This document shows positions 1 through 10,974 of a stretch of 64,000 bases of DNA, in pieces; position 1 is the first letter of the stretch, and the number at the start of each line of letters is the position of its first letter. The DNA is taken from NCBI RefSeq assembly GCF_006345805.1, contig NC_042998.1:29946001-30010000 (forward strand), in the 5' to 3' direction. Position numbers and translations under genes: made by a program. This DNA comes from Octopus sinensis. Its lineage: Eukaryota. The notes beneath the pieces are model-generated. The model searched no databases. It saw nothing but the letters and a program-made list of their open reading frames with translations, and had not been told where the DNA came from.

Positions 1-959
1 ATATCCACTTTATTTAATCAATATGAAGCCTCCATTAAATATAAACGTATTCCTGACATACTGCAATGGATTTTGTAATCTCACAGAAGAGTGTTTTGTT
101 AATCGGAATACTGAATTGATTGCTACTAAAAATATAACATTTTCTATGTAAGAGGGAAAATAAACATGTGCGCTGAATGAAACATTCTGTTATGAATTCG
201 GCCCTCTCGACAATTGTAACGTTTCATCCAATTTGTACAAAGACTAAATATGTTTTAAGATACGGCATGTAGCTAATATCTCTAAGATATTATTTACACT
301 TACATATTGAGATTATTAACGCTTACGTATTTTCAACATTTATCGAATACATTCAATTAATGATAATACCGTTTCGACCAATCATCAAAGCTTTATTTTA
401 ATATTTTATTTGCTGCATGGGTTATTGCACGAATTAATATCCTGAACAGCGTGAATGCATTTAATGTTAATAGCTTTATTAGCTGAAGAAATGTTCCTCT
501 TCTCTGGAGGTTTACGTGTATGAAATTTGTAGTGCTGCTCGGTATCATGTAGTCATAGCGCACGGGGTATGCTCCGATAAACTATGTTTGCTTTGCGATT
601 TTCATGTCTGGTTAGAGTCTATGGACATTATTCTGCTCATACATGAACCATCTTATCGTTTATACAATACTAGTAGAACGTTAAAAAACATGGGTCTGAT
701 ATATAAAGAGAGCTACAACGAATTTATACTGCAACAGAATGGGCGCAAGGCTGTATCGTTAAGAAGATCGCTTTCCAGCAATGGGTTCCTGGTTCGTTCT
801 CAATCCATGATAATTGGGACTCTTGACTTCCACCTTGACCCTCAGTTGTCGGTTACCTTGGGAGTAGAATGTAGTAGGCGTGCACTCATCAAATTAAATT
901 CATTAGCCTCTAAATTTTGGTAATGAATTCTTTTCTTACAAATATTTCACACCTATATA

Positions 960-1348
960 GTGGCTGCGTGGTAAGTAACTTGTTTACCAGCCACATGGTT
1001 CCGGGGTCAGTCCCACTGCGTGGCACCTTGGGCAAGTGTCTTCTGCTATAGCCTCGGGCCGACCAAAGCCTTGTGAGCGGATTTGGCAGACGGAAACTGA
1101 AAGAAGCCCGTCGTATATATGTATATATATATGCGTGTGTGTGTTTGTGTGTCGGTGTTTGTCCCCCTAGCATTGCTTGACAACCGATGTTGGTGGGTTT
1201 ATGTCTCCGTTACATAGCGGTTCGGCATAAGAGACCGATCGAATAAGTACTGGTTTTACAAAAGAATAAGTCCCGGGGTCGAGTTGCTCGATTAAAGGCG
1301 GTGCTCCAGCATGGCCACAGTCAAATGACTGAAACAAGTAAAAGAGAG
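960..1348 (+). mobile_element. tRNA-derived SINE, family A (full length)
   Basis: tRNA-like head (ggctgcgtggtaag...ggtcagtccc), core gcaccttgggcaagtgtc, internal AT/GT microsatellite and tail cagtcaaatgactgaaacaagtaaaagag; more than 15 copies in the window. Confidence 0.9.
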
Positions 1349-1356
1349 TATGTGTG

Positions 1357-1665
1357 GAGGCACAATCACCCAGTGGTTAGAGCAGCGGACTCCTGGTTGT
1401 AGGATAGCAATTTTGATTCCCAGACCAAACGTTATGAGTGTTTATTGAGCGAAAACACCTAAAGCACCACGAGGCTCCGGCAGGGGTGGTGGCGATCCCT
1501 GCTGTACTCTTTAGCCACAACTTTCTCTCTCTCTTTCTTCTGTTGGCCTGCTCGCTTAGCCAGCGGGGTGGCGTCATTTGAAGGCTAAAACAATGTAAAG
1601 CGCATTGTGACCAGCGATGTGTAGCAACATCTGATAGCCTGGTCAGTCACGGTGATCAAGGTGAT
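1357..1665 (+). mobile_element. tRNA-derived SINE, family C (head C + tail W)
   Basis: A-box-like cagtggttagagc; matches the reverse-strand copy at 55455-55750 along its length. Confidence 0.85.
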
Positions 1666-2249
1666 ATACATGTACGCGTATGTGTGCGTGCATACATGCA
1701 TAGCTGTGTATGTGTGAAAGTATCTCAGCCTGCATATACCATTAAAAAACGGGACTCTCTGCCTCCATGTCCACCTAGTAGCACTCCTTCCTCACACTCA
1801 TCGTCCGATATGCAGTGAATCAGAGACTCACTCGTTCGAAACCTATTGCTATCATCGTTATCTTTTACAAATTGCAGGTAAATCAAAATAAATGAAACAA
1901 CGCAGATTGCATAAATGCAGAGCAAATAAGAAATTAGTGTATCAATTATGCATACATAACTGGTCAAAAATAATACTTACATCTCATGAACTGATTTGGT
2001 TTGACTTCATAACTGATAAAGGCTAAGGAACACGGTCCACTAGTCGTTTACTTCGCCATGCAAGTTGCATTCAACACCATTTAATTGAATGAATCTTTGT
2101 AAACTTTGAGGGAAATGCATTTTGCTAAATATTTCATAATCCTTCCCAGTGGATTTGGTAGGCGGAAACTGAAACAAAGCCATCGTTTACATACATACTT
2201 TCATAGATATACACACATTGATACATGTATACATACACTCACACACACA

Positions 2250-2489
2250 TTAATAATAATAATAATATGACAACAAAAGAATGAATGAGACCTCGATATT
2301 TTGTAAAAATAGAGGAGTTTATAAATGTCTTAACAACTGATGAGATGCCGTAGCAGACTTCAGTCCCAGTATCCGAAACTCTGAGTTTTATTATGACAAC
2401 CACCTAACTGTCACATATTAAATTTATAGATAAATTCCTCTATTTTACATAATATCGAGGTCCCATTCATTCTTTTGTTGTCATATTAT

Positions 2490-2495
<6 letters not shown>
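2250..2495 (+). mobile_element. Small non-coding foldback element with a hammerhead in the loop (PLE-derived)
   Basis: About 70-bp inverted arms (tatgacaacaaaagaatgaatgagacctcgatatt...agagga / tcctct...aatatcgaggtcccattcattcttttgttgtcata) flank the HHR motif. Confidence 0.75.
2327..2397 (+). ncRNA. Minimal type I hammerhead ribozyme (slightly degenerate)
   Basis: Stem I gtcttaacaa/ttattatgac (8 of 10 pairs), CTGATGA 2337-2343, stem II gatgc/gtatc (one extra C), GAAA 2375-2378, palindromic stem III aaactc-t-gagttt. Confidence 0.65.
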
Positions 2496-2524
<29 letters not shown>

Positions 2525-2782
2525 AAGGCTTCGAATGATTTGTCTGTGTTCCGTGTTCGTCCCTTCCTGTATTTCACGTTCATTATATATAAAAACATTC
2601 ATTCTTATATATATATATATATATATAATATATATATATATAAGAAAATAGTAAAGAGTGAAAAAACGACAGAAGGCTTAAATGTTAAAAAATATATATA
2701 TTTGTGTCAAAATGTCTGGATAATATTGGAAACATTTTTTTTTTTTCCCTTTCCTTAAAATGACATAATTTCATAATTTTTA

Positions 2783-2821
2783 AAGAAATACCGGTTTCGC
2801 GTGTAGCTTTTCAAATTTCTT
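2783..2821 (-). ncRNA. Mirror copy of the U3:A8 hammerhead-like motif in the left arm
   Basis: Exact reverse complement of 3583-3621. Confidence 0.6.
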
Positions 2822-2923
2822 GTGACGTTATGTTTATATTGCATGGAGTTATCGTTGTGTTTATTTTCAGGAGATTTCTAAATAAGGGGAGGTAGTGAGT
2901 GATTTCTTCCGGTGTAAGGGAGA

Positions 2924-3448
2924 ATTCTAAACATACACCAAATCATTAAAAGCTACAAACAGCCTAAATCACTTAAAAAGATTCTCACAAAGGCAAAATT
3001 GTCTTCTGAAATTACGGATGCAAAAGTAAAAAAATGTGGTAGATCGAACTGTGCAACATGTCCTAACCTATTGGAAGGATCAGAATTCTTCTTTAAAGAG
3101 GGACAGAAATTCAAGATCAAATCTAACTTTACTTGTGCCTCTGAAAACATTTATGTCATTAAATGCTCGGGCTGCCACCAAGACTACGTGGGTTCCACGG
3201 GACTATCACTCAGGCGTAGATGCACACTGCATCGACAACAGATTGCATTCCCAGAATATAGAATGATACCTTTTAGTGAACACATTGAGAAATGCGCAAA
3301 GCAACTACTGCCACAATTTTTAATCTTCCCATTTTACCAATGTGCTTTCGGATCATCAACACAAATGAGACTGAACAAGGAAACATTCTTCATTGAAAAG
3401 TACAAACCCAGACTCAACCATCCGAACATACTGACACAGAGAAATTAA
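2924..3448 (+). CDS. PLE GIY-YIG endonuclease domain (Neptune-like; no RT, no ATG start)
   Basis: Open from the inversion junction: ILNIHQIIKSYKQPKSLKKILTKAK...KCGRSNCATC...FTCASENIYVIKCSGCHQDYVGST...LRRRCTLHR...ETFFIEKYKPRLN. Confidence 0.85.
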   Translation: MLNIHQIIKSYKQPKSLKKILTKAKLSSEITDAKVKKCGRSNCATCPNLLEGSEFFFKEGQKFKIKSNFTCASENIYVIKCSGCHQDYVGSTGLSLRRRCTLHRQQIAFPEYRMIPFSEHIEKCAKQLLPQFLIFPFYQCAFGSSTQMRLNKETFFIEKYKPRLNHPNILTQRN

Positions 3449-3582
3449 CAAGGGAAAGGAAAAAAATGTTTAAGCGATTATCTCCCTTACACCGGAAGAA
3501 ATCACTCACTACCTCCCCTTATTTAGAAATCTCCTGAAAATAAACACAACGATAACTCCATGCAATATAAACATAACGTCAC

Positions 3583-3621
3583 AAGAAATTTGAAAAGCTA
3601 CACGCGAAACCGGTATTTCTT
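3583..3621 (+). ncRNA. Minimal type I hammerhead-like motif, U3:A8 core variant
   Basis: aagaaat-TTGAAAA-gc tacac gc-GAAA-ccgg-T-atttctt; palindromic stem III accggt. Confidence 0.6.
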
Positions 3622-3799
3622 TAAAAATTATGAAATTATGTCATTTTAAGGAAAGGGGAAAAAAAAAAAAATTTTTCCAATATTCTCCAGACATTTTGAC
3701 ACAAATATATATATTTTTTAACATTTAAGCCTTCTGTCGTTTTTTCACTCTTTACTATTTTCTTATATATTCACCCACGTGCTTTACCAAACAAACTTT

Positions 3800-3859
3800 C
3801 TTATCTATATATATATATGTGCGTGTGCGTGTGTGTGTGTATGTATGTGTGTGTGTATA

Positions 3860-3913
<54 letters not shown>

Positions 3914-4890
3914 TGTGTGTGTGTGTGTATGTGTGTGTGTGTGTGTGTGTATGTGTGTGTGTGTATGTGTGTGTGTATGTGTGTGTGTATGTGTGTGTAT
4001 GTGTGTGTGTATGGTGTGTGTATGTGTGTGTGTATATGTGTGTGTATGTGTGTGTGTGTGTGTATGTGTGTGTGTGTATGTGTGTGGTGTGTGTGTGTGT
4101 GTATGTGTGTGTGTGTGTGTGTATGTGTGTATGTGTGTATGTGTGTGTGTGTGTGTATATGTGTGTGTGTATATGTGTGTGTGTGTATATGTGTGTGTGT
4201 ATGTGTGTGTATATATGTGTGTGTGTGTATATATATGTGCGTGTATATATGTGTGTGTGTGTATATATGTGTGTGTGTATATATGTGTGTGTGTGTGTGT
4301 ACATGTGTGTATGTGTGTGTGTGTACATGTGTGTGTGTGTGTGTACATGTATGAATGTGTGTGTGTGTGTGTGTTGTGTGTGTGTATGTGTGTGTGTGTG
4401 TGTGTGTATGTGTGTGTGTGTGGTGTGTATGTGTGTGTGTGTATGTGTGTGTGTATGTGTGTGTGTATGTGTGTGTATGTGTGTGTGTATGGTGTGTGTA
4501 TGTGTGTGTGTATATGTGTGTGTATGTGTGTGTGTGTGTGTATGTGTGTGTGTGTATGTGTGTGGTGTATGTGTGTGTGTATGTGTGTGTGTGTGGTGTA
4601 TGTGTGTATGTGTGTATGTGTGTTGTGTGTGTGTATATGTGTGTGTGTATATGTGTGTGTGTGTATATGTGTGTGTGTATGTGTGTGTATATATGTGTGT
4701 GTGTGTATATATATGTGCGTGTATATATGTGTGTGTGTGTATATATGTGTGTGTGTATATATGTGTGTGTGTGTGTGTACATGTGTGTATGTGTGTGTGT
4801 GTACATGTGTGTGTGTGTGTGTACATGTATGAATGTGTGTGTGTGTGTGTGTGTATACATGTATGAATGTGTGTATATGTATGAAAGTAT
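3800..4890. repeat. About 1.1-kb (TG)n/(TATG)n microsatellite with a 478-bp higher-order repeat
   Basis: Rare interruptions recur 478 bp apart (atgg 4011/4489, gtgc with C at 4240/4718, acatg 4301/4779). Confidence 0.9.
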
Positions 4891-4897
4891 GCATGTA

Positions 4898-5058
4898 AAG
4901 GACGGTCTTGTTTCAGTTTCCTCCTACCAAATCCACTGACAGGGCTTTGATCGGTCTGTAACAGAAGACACTTGCCCAAGGTGTCACACAATGGAACTCA
5001 ACCCGGAACCATGTAGTTGCCGAACCAACTGCTTACCATACAGCCATGCCTGCGCCTG
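4898..5058 (-). mobile_element. SINE A, 5' half, degenerate
   Basis: Reverse complement of the family A head and core. Confidence 0.75.
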
Positions 5059-5499
5059 TATTAATATTGTTCGCCAAAATGTGTCCAGAAACATTATCTG
5101 GTCGTGTTTGCGAAATATTTTTATGCATAGATATTGTAGCACTGATGAACATTATTGAGGTTATTTTGTAGGAATAATTGAAAGAATTGGGTTACTTTGA
5201 TTGAGACAAACATTAATATAAAATGATGGCAGTAGAAATTTGTAAACTAGATGAAGTAGTCAAAGTGTAATCTATACAATAACGGTAACATTTCGACTGG
5301 CATTTAGAGACATTTTGTTATCTAATCAAATGTTCATAACTTTGGTTAAACTTCCTTTGTAATTTTGTGTTATTGCATTTTATCTTAAAAGTACATAACG
5401 TAGACGTCAGTCATTTTGTGTTTAACGCATTCTATGGCGTCTATGGACTGGTAAATGGTAGATTTAGACTCATTTCTTGATACAAAGCATATATTTAAG

Positions 5500-6033
5500 A
5501 ATCTATATCTCCAGTACTTGTAGCGATGATGGTGGAGGATATCGACTCCTTACATGTTTTTATAAAATGCACAGTAAATGTTCAATAATATTGAGATCTG
5601 GGGCCTGTGGTGGCCAGATAAGATGTTCAACTTCACTAGAAGGTTCCTCGTGCCATTCAGTAACAGTTTTAGTGCGTGAATTGGTGCATTATAATTCTGA
5701 AAGATTGCGTTTCCCTCCGGAAACAGTTCCACAACCATAGGATGAATTTAATTAGGTAAAATTCTTAAATAGTCTTGACTATTAATTCTGCCATGAAGGG
5801 AAGCCATTTGGTCGGTGGATTTGCAAGATATACCCCCCCCACACACACACACTAAATCATCACAGATCCTCCTCCATGTTTAACAGTTGGAAGAAGGCAG
5901 TCTGCGTCAAATGCTTATTTTGGCTGTCTCTACACGTATACTCGGCCGGTGGTCGGAAATAAAGTAAAGGATGACTCGTCCGAGAAAATAGCATTCTTCC
6001 ACTGCTCTAGGGACCAATTCTGTAGGTTCTGCA
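5500..6033 (-). pseudogene. Tc1-family DD34E transposase remnant
   Basis: QWKNAIFSDESSFTLFPTTGRVYV...LLPTVKHGGGSVMI...LHGRINSQDYL...LFPEGNAIFQNYNAPIH, with stops, frameshifts and a (CA)n insertion. Confidence 0.85.
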
Positions 6034-6321
6034 ACTTTTTTTTTTTCTTTTTGAAATTTCTAATTAATCATGTTTGCAGAGTAGTTACATAACAAAACAT
6101 GATAATTTTATTCCTTGCTTGAATTTTTCTACATGTATACCTTTCTGATTCCCATCCTGTAATGAAACACGTAACATGGTATTTGGAGTATTCCAAATTT
6201 TTGCCAGTCTTCTGTTTTAATACACACACACACACATGTATTTAACTCTGTGTATAAACTAGAAAGGGTGTGTGTTGTAAAATTTCGCATAATCTTTTGC
6301 TATGGTTGTATTATTCCGAAC

Positions 6322-7095
6322 AAGGCTGAGAGCAGGTAGAATCGTTAGAACGAGTATCAAAATATTTTGATTCGACGGTCATTCGGAATGCTGACAGCAG
6401 CCATATTCCTACCGCTCTATGTCACGCTGGTGAGACCCATATTGGAGTACGGGATTCAAGCCTCTTCTCCTTATCTCCTCAAAGACATACATCATCTCGA
6501 AAGAGTCCAGAAGCTGGCTACCCGCATGGTTCTTGGTCTCAAGCATTAGTCTTATGAAGAAAGGCTGAAGACGCTCGACCTTTATTCTCTAGAAAAACGA
6601 CGATGCCGTGGAGATCTCGTTCTTGCTCACAACATCATAAGCGGAAAGTGTAACCCCTCGAAAGAGCTATTCTTCACTCCTACTCCAAAGCGTCAGCTGC
6701 GGGGTCACTCCGAAAAGCTCTATCTGCGACGATTTCATCTCAATCGAAGGAGAGGGGCTTTCCCCGTCCGGGTTGCGGATCCGTGGAATAAGCTGCCGGA
6801 CGAGATGGTGAAGATGCCGACGACCGCTCGGTTCAAAGTCTCCCTTGACCACAAATGGCCTGGACTCTTTGCATGGACACCACCCTGTACATAACTCCAT
6901 GTCCCCCTACATGGCCTTACTTTTTGCTTTTTGAGCCAAAAAATTAACTTAACTTAACTTAGAACGTAAACACAGACGGACTGCAGCTGAGTTCAAATGC
7001 CGCCGACGGTGCTTTGCCTTTCATCCTTTTGAAGTTGATAAAATGAGTACCAGTTCTTCACTGGGGTCGATATAATCGACTTACTCCTCTCCCGC
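6322..7095 (+). mobile_element. SINE B split by a CR1 insertion (head 6322-6363, remainder 6961-7095)
   Basis: Head before and body (gagttcaaat...gctttgcctttcatcc...ctggggtcgat) after the LINE fragment. Confidence 0.75.
6364..6960 (+). mobile_element. CR1-type LINE 3' fragment (ORF2 C-terminus, 3' UTR, (TTAAC)n tail)
   Basis: IRRSF...LYVTLVRPILEY...LERVQKLATRMV..LK..SYEERLKTLDLYSLEKRRCRGDL...RVADPWNKLP; one in-frame stop. Confidence 0.9.
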
Positions 7096-8483
7096 AACTG
7101 TTCGAAAATTTGAAACCAGCATCATTATTCTGAATATATAGAATAACTGAGGAATGATACAAATTCTATGAAAATGGAGATATGCTTGATCAATAAGCTA
7201 CTGATAACTTTTGGTTGATTACCTATATTTCTAGCCATTTTACTGAAAAATATGCAGTTAATTTTTTCTGAAAGTGACAAGTCCTTGATATTTTTTTATT
7301 GAACGATTCAATGATTTTGCTGTTTTAAGAAGAGATTTGTTACAATTCCACATAAGCTGTGTTGTTTTGCACCAATTATATATGGCATTTGCTTCTCTGA
7401 GATTTTGTAGACAGACCAGAAACAAATAGCAAAGTTTTCAATTTCCTGTTGAAACAGTGCAACGTTTATTGATATCTAACAAACAAAACTGAATGTAGCA
7501 CATGTCTTTAGGCATTGGTTATGAAACCATGCGCAGAATAGTATAACGTTTTAAAGGAACAAGCAAATAAACAAAGCTTTTGTAAACAAAGAACAAAGAA
7601 TGGTAAAGTCTAAGACAAAAAGAATGCTCAAGGGTTTGAAGGTAATTGAAAGAATTCTTTGTTTCGTTTCCAGTTTTTGGTTTTTTATAGCAATATAAAC
7701 TAGGTTTGCATTGTCGCAATTAATCTGTTTTGTTCGATGTTCTTTTGTGTGGAAGAAGGTATTTTCTTCGCTCGAGAAAATACTAAATCAAAACTAAACA
7801 AATGCCGGTCTGCGTACTCGCCTTGCTAAAAGATAAGTTGCATTTTATAACGATTCAACAATAATGCTTGATTGTCAAGAATTAATCTGAATATTATAAG
7901 GAATCACAAGCGGTAGAAAGTACACTTGCTTAAAACGTGATTCAGCTAGCCTTAGTGAAATTAGAACTTTGATAATGGAAAATAAAGCGAAAAATTATAA
8001 TTCTTAAAAGTTGTAATCATTTTATGGCAATTATACGATCTTTGAAAGTTACGGATATCAGCAGAAAATACAGAAAGTTAAATTAATTATAAAACTCCAT
8101 GGCTTGCAATTAATCTTAACAAAAGTTAACATCTGATTCTATATAAATGACTCCATGGGTTGGCATTTCTTTTTCAGAAATGGTAGCGATAAGAAAAGAT
8201 AAGGAGACAGATTCAGAAACTAAACAGGATATTAAGACACAGTCAAGGCTTTCAATTTTCGTACTTTGTACATATATTTACAATAAACAACGAAATCTAT
8301 ACATCAACTAAGTTTACTAATCCATAAAAACAACTAAATATATATTATCAGGTTTTTTTTCTGGTTTCACTTGGACCTAATGTATCCATTTGGATGTCAA
8401 ATATTAGAAAATTAAATTGTTCCATTACTTAAGAAACTTGTAGCCTAATTTCAGTTCCTTAACGTCGTTTTTCTAAGCATATT

Positions 8484-9067
8484 CTTTTCTACTCTGGGCA
8501 CAAGGCCCGAAATTTTGGAGGGTGGGGGGGACCAGTCTATTAGATCGACCCCAGTACACAACTGGTACTTAATTTATGACCCGGAAAAGATGAAAGGCAA
8601 AGTCGACCTCGGCGGAATTTGAACTCAGAACGTAGAGACAGACAAAATACCTATTTCTTTACTACCCACAAGGGGCTAAACACAGAAGGTACAAACAACG
8701 ACAGACGATCGGATTAAGTCAATTACATCGATCCCAGTGCGTAACTGGTCCTTAATTTGTCGACCCCGAAAGGATGAAAGGCAAAGTCGATCTGGGCGGA
8801 ATTTGAACTCAGAACGTAGCGGCAGACGAAATACCTATTTCTTTACTACCCACAAGGGGCTAAACACAGAGGGGACAAACAATGACAGACACACGAATTA
8901 AGTCGATTATATCGACCCCAGTGCGTAACTGGTACTTAATTTATCGACCCCGAAAGCATGAAAGGCAAAGTCGACTTCGGCGGAATTTGAACTAAGAACG
9001 TAACGGCAGACGAAATACTGCTAAGCATTTCGCCCGGTGTGCTAACGTTTCTGCCAGCTCGCCGCCG
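8484..9067 (-). mobile_element. SINE B concatemer (one head, three ~184-bp bodies) with 17-bp TSD
   Basis: Body aggtcgactttgcctttcatcctttcggggtcgat resembles the Nin SINE domain; TSD gtttttctaagcatatt (8467-8483) / gtttttataagcatatt (9069-9085). Confidence 0.9.
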
Positions 9068-9272
9068 TGTTTTTATAAGCATATTGAATAAAACATTATC
9101 TCGTTCTAATTGTTCTTATAGGGGGAACTATAGAGGATTCCTATGATTTGATACATTACTTGTATTACTACATCAGTTTATTGTATACAGGCTGGACTGA
9201 TAAGAGCCGAAGTCTACATTAGCGAGGTCTGAATCGATAAGAAATCTATATTGCAATTTTGTTTTTTTCTGA

Positions 9273-9485
9273 AGCGGCGAGCAGGCAGAATTGTTAGCGA
9301 TTTCTTGCATCATTACGTCCTGATTTCAAATCCAGCCCAGGTCTACTTTTGCCTTTCATTTTTTTTTTTTCGAGGTCGATAAAATAGGTAGTAGTTGAGC
9401 ACTAGGGTTTGATGTAAGCGACTTACCTCCCCCACCCCGCCCCACCCGAAATTGCTGGTTTTGTGCCAAATTTTGAAGCCATTAT
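9273..9485 (+). mobile_element. SINE B, degenerate
   Basis: Head, body and tail recognisable. Confidence 0.7.
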
Positions 9486-9738
9486 TACACTTTTCTAAAG
9501 AGGTTCTAATATACTAAAATATCGTTAACGAGTGATACAGATATCGAATTGACAGTTTTACATTTAAATTTACTGCATGGTCATGAGAGTTAAAATTCAT
9601 AAACAGCGAATATTCTGCTTATTTCCAAAGGCCGACAATTATCTGAACTGAATAATAATTTATTCGTTGGTATTTTCGATTGGGATTTAAAGTAATCGAT
9701 GCATTAAGAATCTCATGAATCTATAGAAACAGGATTTT

Positions 9739-10100
9739 GAGTGGCTGTGTGGTAAGTAGCTTGCTTACCAGCCACATGGTTCCCGGTTCAGTCCCACTGC
9801 GTGGTACCTTGGGCAAGATAAAGTCGACTATAGCCTCGGGCCGACAAAAGCCTTGTGAGTGGATTTGGTAGACGGAAATTGAAAGAAGCCCGTCGTATAT
9901 ATGTATATGCATATATATGTGTGTGTGTGTGTGTTTGTCCTCCCAACATCGCTTGACAACCGATGCTGGTGTGTTTACGTCCCCGTAACTTAGCGGTTCG
10001 GCAAAAGAGACCGATAGAATAAGTACTAGGGGTCGATTTGCTCGACTGAAGGCGGTGCTGCAGCATGGCCACAGTCACATGACTGAAACAAGTAAAGACA
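9739..10100 (+). mobile_element. SINE A
   Basis: Family A copy with two internal deletions; its 3' flank is duplicated at 25253-25425. Confidence 0.9.
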
Positions 10101-10492
10101 AAAAGTGAGTAAACATTTGCTCATTGCACTTTATATATTCTTGATGTACTATAAGTACAATAACTATCATGTAAACAGTACCAGTGATTATAGATTTAGG
10201 CATGTAAATAAAGAGAAACAAAGAAGAGAAGTCATTCAGCAAAAAATTCTTTTGGACATGAATTATATAGCTCTATCCAATAAATAAAGTGACGAAAGTA
10301 AAAGCTCAAGGTTATAAATAACATTTAGCTACAAACTTTTCTGTAATTATCACTTAATCATATATTTCTGATTGAAGTTACGTTGTATTGCGGATATTAT
10401 CAGACCATTCTAATATAAATATTTAATTGGGAAACGTTTTCTGTACAGTGGAATTTGCGATTTGAAATAACTGTTATTATTTACATAGTTAA

Positions 10493-10830
10493 AGGTGGCG
10501 AGATTGCAGAATCGTTAGCACGTCGGGCGAAATGCTTAGCGGTATTTCGGCTGCCGTTACGTTGTGAGTTCAAATTCCGCCGAGGTCGACTTTGCCTTTC
10601 ATCCTTTCGGGGTCGATAAATTAAGTACCAGTTACGCACTGGGGTCGATGTAATCGACTTAAAACCTATGTCTGTCCTTCTTTGTCCCCTCTGTGTTTAG
10701 CCCCTTGTGGGTAATAAAGAAATAGGTATTTAGTCCGTCTTTATGTTCTGAGTTCAAATTCCACTAACGTCGACTTTATCATTCACTCTTTCGTGGTTGA
10801 CTAAATAAGTACCAGTTTAGCACTGGTAAA
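10493..10830 (+). mobile_element. SINE B dimer
   Basis: Head, body, tail 1, then a second body. Confidence 0.85.
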
Positions 10831-10841
10831 TCGTGTAAGTA

Positions 10842-10875
<34 letters not shown>

Positions 10876-10974
10876 CACCAATTAAGGACTGAACACGAAA
10901 AAGTGGACAGTCAACATGCTTGGTATAGACGTCAAATCGCCATTCTCCACAAAAGATTATGTTCTCAGATCATA

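Larger units (their letters stand above)
2636..3770 (+). mobile_element. 5'-truncated Penelope-like element with inverted pseudo-LTR arms
   Basis: Arms 2636-2923 and 3481-3770 are near-perfect reverse complements (~288 bp) around a GIY-YIG frame. Confidence 0.9.

Noticed and set aside
516-923. 135-aa ORF
   Set aside because: No recognisable domain; ~745-800 is a decayed SINE A head.
3755-4991. Long His-Thr / Val-Cys ORFs (up to 396 aa)
   Set aside because: Translations of a (TG)n microsatellite that lacks stop codons.
8484-9067. Regularly spaced repeats resembling a CRISPR array
   Set aside because: Whole ~184-bp units repeat with no unique spacers; eukaryotic SINE multimer.
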